Shown here: positions 59,295 through 64,000 of the stretch, piece after piece | Layout: the number at the start of each line of letters is the position of its first letter | How positions within the stretch are numbered: the stretch's first letter is position 1 | Assembly: GCA_963702205.1 (NCBI GenBank) | Contig: OY969724.1 | Location: forward strand, 2,336,001-2,400,000 | Length of the DNA: 64,000 nucleotides | Reading direction: 5' to 3' | From: an uncultured candidate division Zixibacteria bacterium | GTDB lineage: Bacteria; Zixibacteria; MSB-5A5; GN15; PGXB01 | Notes under the pieces: generated by a model | Told to the model about the DNA's origin: nothing | Databases searched by the model: none | Seen by the model: the letters and a program-made list of their open reading frames with translations, nothing else | Position numbers and translations under genes: made by a program

Positions 59295-61949
59295 ATGGCG
59301 CGCGGTCAACGCAACAACGGGAGCAAATCCGGCCGCATAAATAAAACCAATCGACCAACTGCCAAAAACAGACGGTCATCGGTCACGCGCACCGGAAAAA
59401 AACTCCCCGATCCGAACGCTTCGCCGCTGGCTGCGGCGCAGTCGCTTTATCAGAAAAAGCAGTACGAACAGGTATGTGAGAAATTCTTACGGTTCGATCT
59501 GTCTGAAATTCCCGATAGAGACGATCGTCGCAAGTTCCTTGCGATTATGGCTATTTCTTTGACCGTCACCGATCGGCTGGAAGAAGCCGAAATCGCCGCC
59601 ATGAAAGGCCTGGAATTAAACGGCTCGGATAAAGATTTCCACTATGTTCTGGCATATATCAATGTTAAATATAAAAATCACGATCTGGTTCTTGAATATT
59701 GCCAAAAGTATCTGTCAAACAATGAGAATTTGTCAAATACCAATAACTTAAGTCGCGGCCTCGATCATTTTATTTATAATTATCGCGGTCTGGCCCAGGC
59801 GGCCAAAGGCGATCGCAATGCCGCGTGCGAATCGTATGAAAACGCCATCGAGATCGATCCAAAAGTAGAGCATGCCTATTTAAACGTCGCCAACCTTCTG
59901 AATTCACTGAACCATACCGATGATGCCCTGCGCTGGGTGAAAGCGGGTTTGCAAAAATGTCGCCAGGTCCAGGAACTCAGGATGATGAAGAAAAACCTCG
60001 AAAACAGGGTCACAATCAGCGCCTGCATGATCGCGAAAAATGAAGAAGAGCTCCTGCCCGGGTGCCTGCGCTCGATCCGCGACTGGGTGGATGAAATTAT
60101 AATTGTCGATACCGGCTCCGAAGACCGGACCATCGAAATAGCCAAAGAATACGGAGCCAAAATTTACAAGCAAAAATGGGCTGATGATTTTTCGGCGCCC
60201 AGAAATTTGTCCCTGCAGAAGGCATCGAGCGACTGGATTTTTGTAATCGACGCCGACGAGGAATTTGTCGCCGAGGACGTAAACAAACTTCGGACGATAC
60301 TGGCCCATACAGAAAACCGTATGATCTCGGTCAACATCGAAAATATAAATCCCAAAACGGGGGAAACGTCATCGGGCTTGATCAGCATACGACTGTTTAA
60401 AAACAGCCCGGACTTCTATTATGAAGGGATAGTCCACAATCAGTTGAAATATCCCGAAGGCCTCGAAGCGCTTCCGGTACCGGTAACTCTTAAGCATTAC
60501 GGATATAACCTTGCCCCGGAAAAAATGCGACAGAAATTGTTGCGTTCGCGCGCGCTTCTGGAAAAACAGCTCGAAGAACAACCCGATTTTGCCTTCGCTC
60601 ATTTCAATATGGCTCAATTGCTAAGAAGCCTGACCGACGAAAATGAACCCGGTATAAATGACAAAGTGGTCTATCACGCAAAGCGGGTTATAGAGTTGAC
60701 CGATAAAAGCCTCGGCATACACCTTCAGGCCCACCATCAGGCCGCCTTTGCCAGTCTAAAGAAAAAGGACCTGGATACCGCCGAAAAATATCTTGGCAAG
60801 GCGCTGGAGATTAAACCGGATTATCTCGACGCCTTATTTACGTACGGGCAGATTTATATCGCTCGCAAAGATTATGATAAAGCGGCATCGGCTCTCAACA
60901 AGTATCTGGACTTGCAGCAGAAATACGGACAGCAGGTGAAAACGGACAACATGATCCAGATGTACATTCGGGCCCGTCATATCGCCTATTATTATCTCGG
61001 ATTGATGGAATACGATCTCGGACGAAAAGAAAAAGCTGTTGAATATTTTAAATTAACTCTATCCGAACAGGAACCGTTTCGGGATACCTATATTCGCCTG
61101 GCGTGTATCTATCTCGATTGGCAGGAGCCGGACCGGGCCTTGCCTTATCTGGAAAAAGAACTCGTCAACAATCCCGATTTGGATATTGCGCATTTATATA
61201 AAGGCGGAGCCTTGATGCAGCAGGATCGTTTGGTCGAAGCGGAGGAATATTTCCTCAATTCCCTGGAATTAACACGCGACAACCAGGAAGTTTTCAAAAA
61301 AGCCGGATGTTTTCTGGCCGGGCGGAGGGAATATACAAAAGCCATTGACGCCTTTAGCAGGTGGGTTAGCATTGCTCCGAATCTGTTCGAACCCTGGCAT
61401 TTAAAGGCTCGGGCGGAATACGAGGCGGAAGATTTCGAGGCCGCTATTGAATCTTTCCGGCGTTGTCTGGAACTCGATAGTGAAAATGTCGAAGTCCTTA
61501 ACGATCTGGCCAACTGCTATTTTAAACTCGGCGATTATGAGGCCGCCGAAAAGGAATTTTCAAAAGCTCTCGAAATGCAGACAAATCTGGCCGTTACCTA
61601 CCGCAATCTGGGTTTGACAAAAATAAAGCTGGGTAAAAATAAAGAGGCCCTGGCTTTTTTGACGGAGTATCTACAAACTACTCCCGATGACTTTACCATT
61701 GAGAGGGCCGTTGCCGATATACTCATCAAATTGGGCAGCTACGCCTCGGCCATACAACATCTTGAGAAAATATTACAGCATAACTCCACTGACATAGATG
61801 CCCTTCTTGCTATATCCGAATGCTACGAAAATATGGGACATGTCCAATCGGCGCAAATCGGTTACAATCAAATACTTAAGATCCGGCCCGGGCATCAGAA
61901 GGCTGAAGCGCATATAGCCCGGATAAAAGCTGCCCTGAAATCGGTTTAA
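59295..61949 (+). CDS. TPR-GT2-TPR glycosyltransferase, probable flagellin glycosylation
   Basis: ISACMIAKNEE, VDTGSED, WADDFS..RN, IDADE, H.GY flanked by TPR repeats. Confidence 0.88.
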   Translation: MARGQRNNGSKSGRINKTNRPTAKNRRSSVTRTGKKLPDPNASPLAAAQSLYQKKQYEQVCEKFLRFDLSEIPDRDDRRKFLAIMAISLTVTDRLEEAEIAAMKGLELNGSDKDFHYVLAYINVKYKNHDLVLEYCQKYLSNNENLSNTNNLSRGLDHFIYNYRGLAQAAKGDRNAACESYENAIEIDPKVEHAYLNVANLLNSLNHTDDALRWVKAGLQKCRQVQELRMMKKNLENRVTISACMIAKNEEELLPGCLRSIRDWVDEIIIVDTGSEDRTIEIAKEYGAKIYKQKWADDFSAPRNLSLQKASSDWIFVIDADEEFVAEDVNKLRTILAHTENRMISVNIENINPKTGETSSGLISIRLFKNSPDFYYEGIVHNQLKYPEGLEALPVPVTLKHYGYNLAPEKMRQKLLRSRALLEKQLEEQPDFAFAHFNMAQLLRSLTDENEPGINDKVVYHAKRVIELTDKSLGIHLQAHHQAAFASLKKKDLDTAEKYLGKALEIKPDYLDALFTYGQIYIARKDYDKAASALNKYLDLQQKYGQQVKTDNMIQMYIRARHIAYYYLGLMEYDLGRKEKAVEYFKLTLSEQEPFRDTYIRLACIYLDWQEPDRALPYLEKELVNNPDLDIAHLYKGGALMQQDRLVEAEEYFLNSLELTRDNQEVFKKAGCFLAGRREYTKAIDAFSRWVSIAPNLFEPWHLKARAEYEAEDFEAAIESFRRCLELDSENVEVLNDLANCYFKLGDYEAAEKEFSKALEMQTNLAVTYRNLGLTKIKLGKNKEALAFLTEYLQTTPDDFTIERAVADILIKLGSYASAIQHLEKILQHNSTDIDALLAISECYENMGHVQSAQIGYNQILKIRPGHQKAEAHIARIKAALKSV

Positions 61950-61997
61950 GTCGCTCCACGACAGAAATTTCTTGAATCGTGTACAGGACGGCGCCAA

Positions 61998-62024
61998 TAA
62001 AGTTTTTGGCGTTTTTGCCGATTT
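61998..62024 (+). promoter_or_regulatory. Sigma28 promoter of flagellin
   Basis: TAAA-N15-GCCGATTT. Confidence 0.8.
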
Positions 62025-62241
62025 AAATTACAAAGATATAGAGAAGAAGTATGGAATAAGAATATCAATGAAATTAACATTAGTTTTATTCAGGAAAGGA
62101 GAGGTGACTTATTGAGACAAAAAGTTTTTTTGTACTTATAATGGGAGCATAATTTACATCGGAAGTGACACTCCTGGTTCGATTGAAATGAAAGGATACT
62201 TAAAACCCCCCAGCGGATTAAATTCAAGGAGGAAGTAACGG

Positions 62242-64000
62242 ATGTCACTTCGTATTAATAACAATATTGCCGCGATCAATGCGCATCGTAACCTGCTTGT
62301 TACGACAGAAAACCTCCAAAAGTCAATGGAGAAACTGTCGTCGGGTTACCGCATCAACCGCGCGTCGGACAATCCGGCGGGTCTGGTGATTTCGGAGCAG
62401 TTCCGGGCCCAGATTGCCGGTTTGAACCAGGCCATTGGGAACTCCGAAGGATCTATCAACATGATCCAGACGGCTGAAGGCGCTCTGACCGAAATCAACA
62501 GTCTGTTGGTTTCGATGAGAGAACTGGCCATTCACGCCGCCAACGAAGGTTTCAACGACACTGCCCAGCTCCAGGCTGACCAGGCAGAAATTGACAACGC
62601 CAATCTGACTATTGACCGTATTGCGGCCAACACTCAGTTTGGAACCAAGAAACTCTTAAACGGCACCAATGCCAACACGGCTGTCTTCACGGGTGCCAAC
62701 GCCGGTTCTTCGGGCGCCAACATTCGGGAAAGTTATCTTACCGACGGCACGCATTACCTGACGTCGACCAAGATCAGTGATTCCAGTGCCACGTTGAATA
62801 CGTCCAATTACGGTGTTTCAATCGATTCTACGGTCACTCCGGCCAACCTGTCCGACGGCGATCATACGCTGGATGTCATTTCAGCGTCTTCGGCCGCTAT
62901 CAAGAACAATGGTGATGCCGTCACCATAGTTGACAACTGGAGTAACGGAATTACTTTCGGTGCCGCCGTTGACGCACCTCAGGTAATCTCCACGGCTACG
63001 TTGAACGGCGCCGCTACGGCCGCCGATGCCGGCACGGTCACTTTTGCCCTTTCGTATCAGTACGCGGGGGGTACCGGTACAGACTGCGACCATTACGCAG
63101 GCTGTCACTGATGGTATGACTCAGGCTCAGTTGTTGACCGCTCTTAACAGTTCAGTCGACTCGGCCTTCGGTGCCGGCGCAGTTACCGCTACCGTTCTGG
63201 CCGGCGGCACTCTCGCTTTTGTCACCGACAATACCGGCAGTGATTACTCTGTGGCGGTCGGTGTCAGCGCTTACACCGGTAGTGCTGCCGCCTGGTTTGC
63301 CTTCGCAGCTCAGGATGATCGCGGTGTTGCCAGTCAGAATCTGGCCCTTGCCGTTGTCGTCAATGACAACTACGATACCGCCGCGCAGCAGCAGGCGACG
63401 TTGGTCCTCACGGGCACTCACGCCACCATGGCGTCGCTAATTACCGAAATCAACGACAAGCTGAACGACGCGCTGGGAACCGGCTTCGGTATGGCCGATG
63501 GCTCAACCCAGAATGTCACCGCTTCCGAAGGAACCGACGGTTCCATCGTCTTCACGACGGCCGATCAGGGTTCCGCCTACAGCGTTCGTGCTCTGGCAAA
63601 TAATTCCGCCATTGGAGTTGGCCAGGATTCGGTCGCATGGACAGGCAGCGATGCGGTTATCAGCTTCGACGATTACGCCACCCAGCTTAATCGCGTTGAC
63701 TGGGGTGTGGATCGCGACTGGACCATCGGCAATAAGGCTGCCGGTGCAACTGGGCGCGGAACCATGGGTATTACGGTTGACGGTTTGACCTCGACCGGTG
63801 GCGGTGTCTCGATAGGCAATATGATAGCTGACGTTCAAGCCGCCCGTTACGCCGTCTATCTGGACGGCAGCGCGGCCCAGACGGTCGTCGCCGGCGTCGA
63901 AACCACTGTCAGCGATACGTCCGGCAACGAACGTGTTAAGATACTGCTCGACCTCGACGCCGACGGTGGTTCTGAGACGATCACTAATAATGACAACTCG
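62242..64000 (+). CDS. fliC: Flagellin, frameshifted at G6 (63066-63071) and running off the window end
   Basis: MSLRINNN, EKLSSGYRINRASDNPAGL, QTAEGAL, FGTKKLLNG; frame stops at 63111 but the next frame is open from the G-run to 64000 with the same Ala/Thr/Gly-rich composition. Confidence 0.88.

Noticed and set aside
63171..63788. Short ORFs 63171-63440 and 63498-63788
   Set aside because: Shadow frames of the continuing flagellin

Overview
Bacterial chromosomal window from a diderm. A cohesin protein with an LSQNYPNPFNP C-terminal domain and PorT-like barrels suggest an FCB-related lineage such as Zixibacteria (inference). (1) 3.1-19.8 kb, acyl-CoA/branched-chain island: an archaeal-type HMG-CoA synthase / HDCF-type thiolase / DUF35 triad sits directly upstream of methylcrotonyl-CoA carboxylase, methylglutaconyl-CoA hydratase and biotin subunits with no HMG-CoA lyase. 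It is followed by a classical thiolase, hbd, two acyl-CoA dehydrogenases and ilvE. (2) 19.8-33.9 kb, housekeeping genes (rpiB, glyA, dCMP deaminase, nrdR, tatC, menA, tRNA-Gly, DUF512, der) with a small accessory patch studded with two families of REP-like palindromes. (3) 34-64 kb, motility locus: a sigma-less RsbU/RsbW/RsbV-type partner switch, a FleS/FleR-like two-component pair, motAB, flgBC-orf-fliEFGHIJ, an inserted cohesin gene, flgFGAHIJNK-csrA-flgL-fliW, a TPR-GT2 glycosyltransferase and a large flagellin frameshifted at a G6 tract. The regulatory signals can be read directly: two sigma54 promoters, four sigma28-like promoters, a recurring GGAA-N5-TTCC palindrome and a GGA-rich flagellin leader. 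All product calls come from motif recognition by eye; no searches were run.
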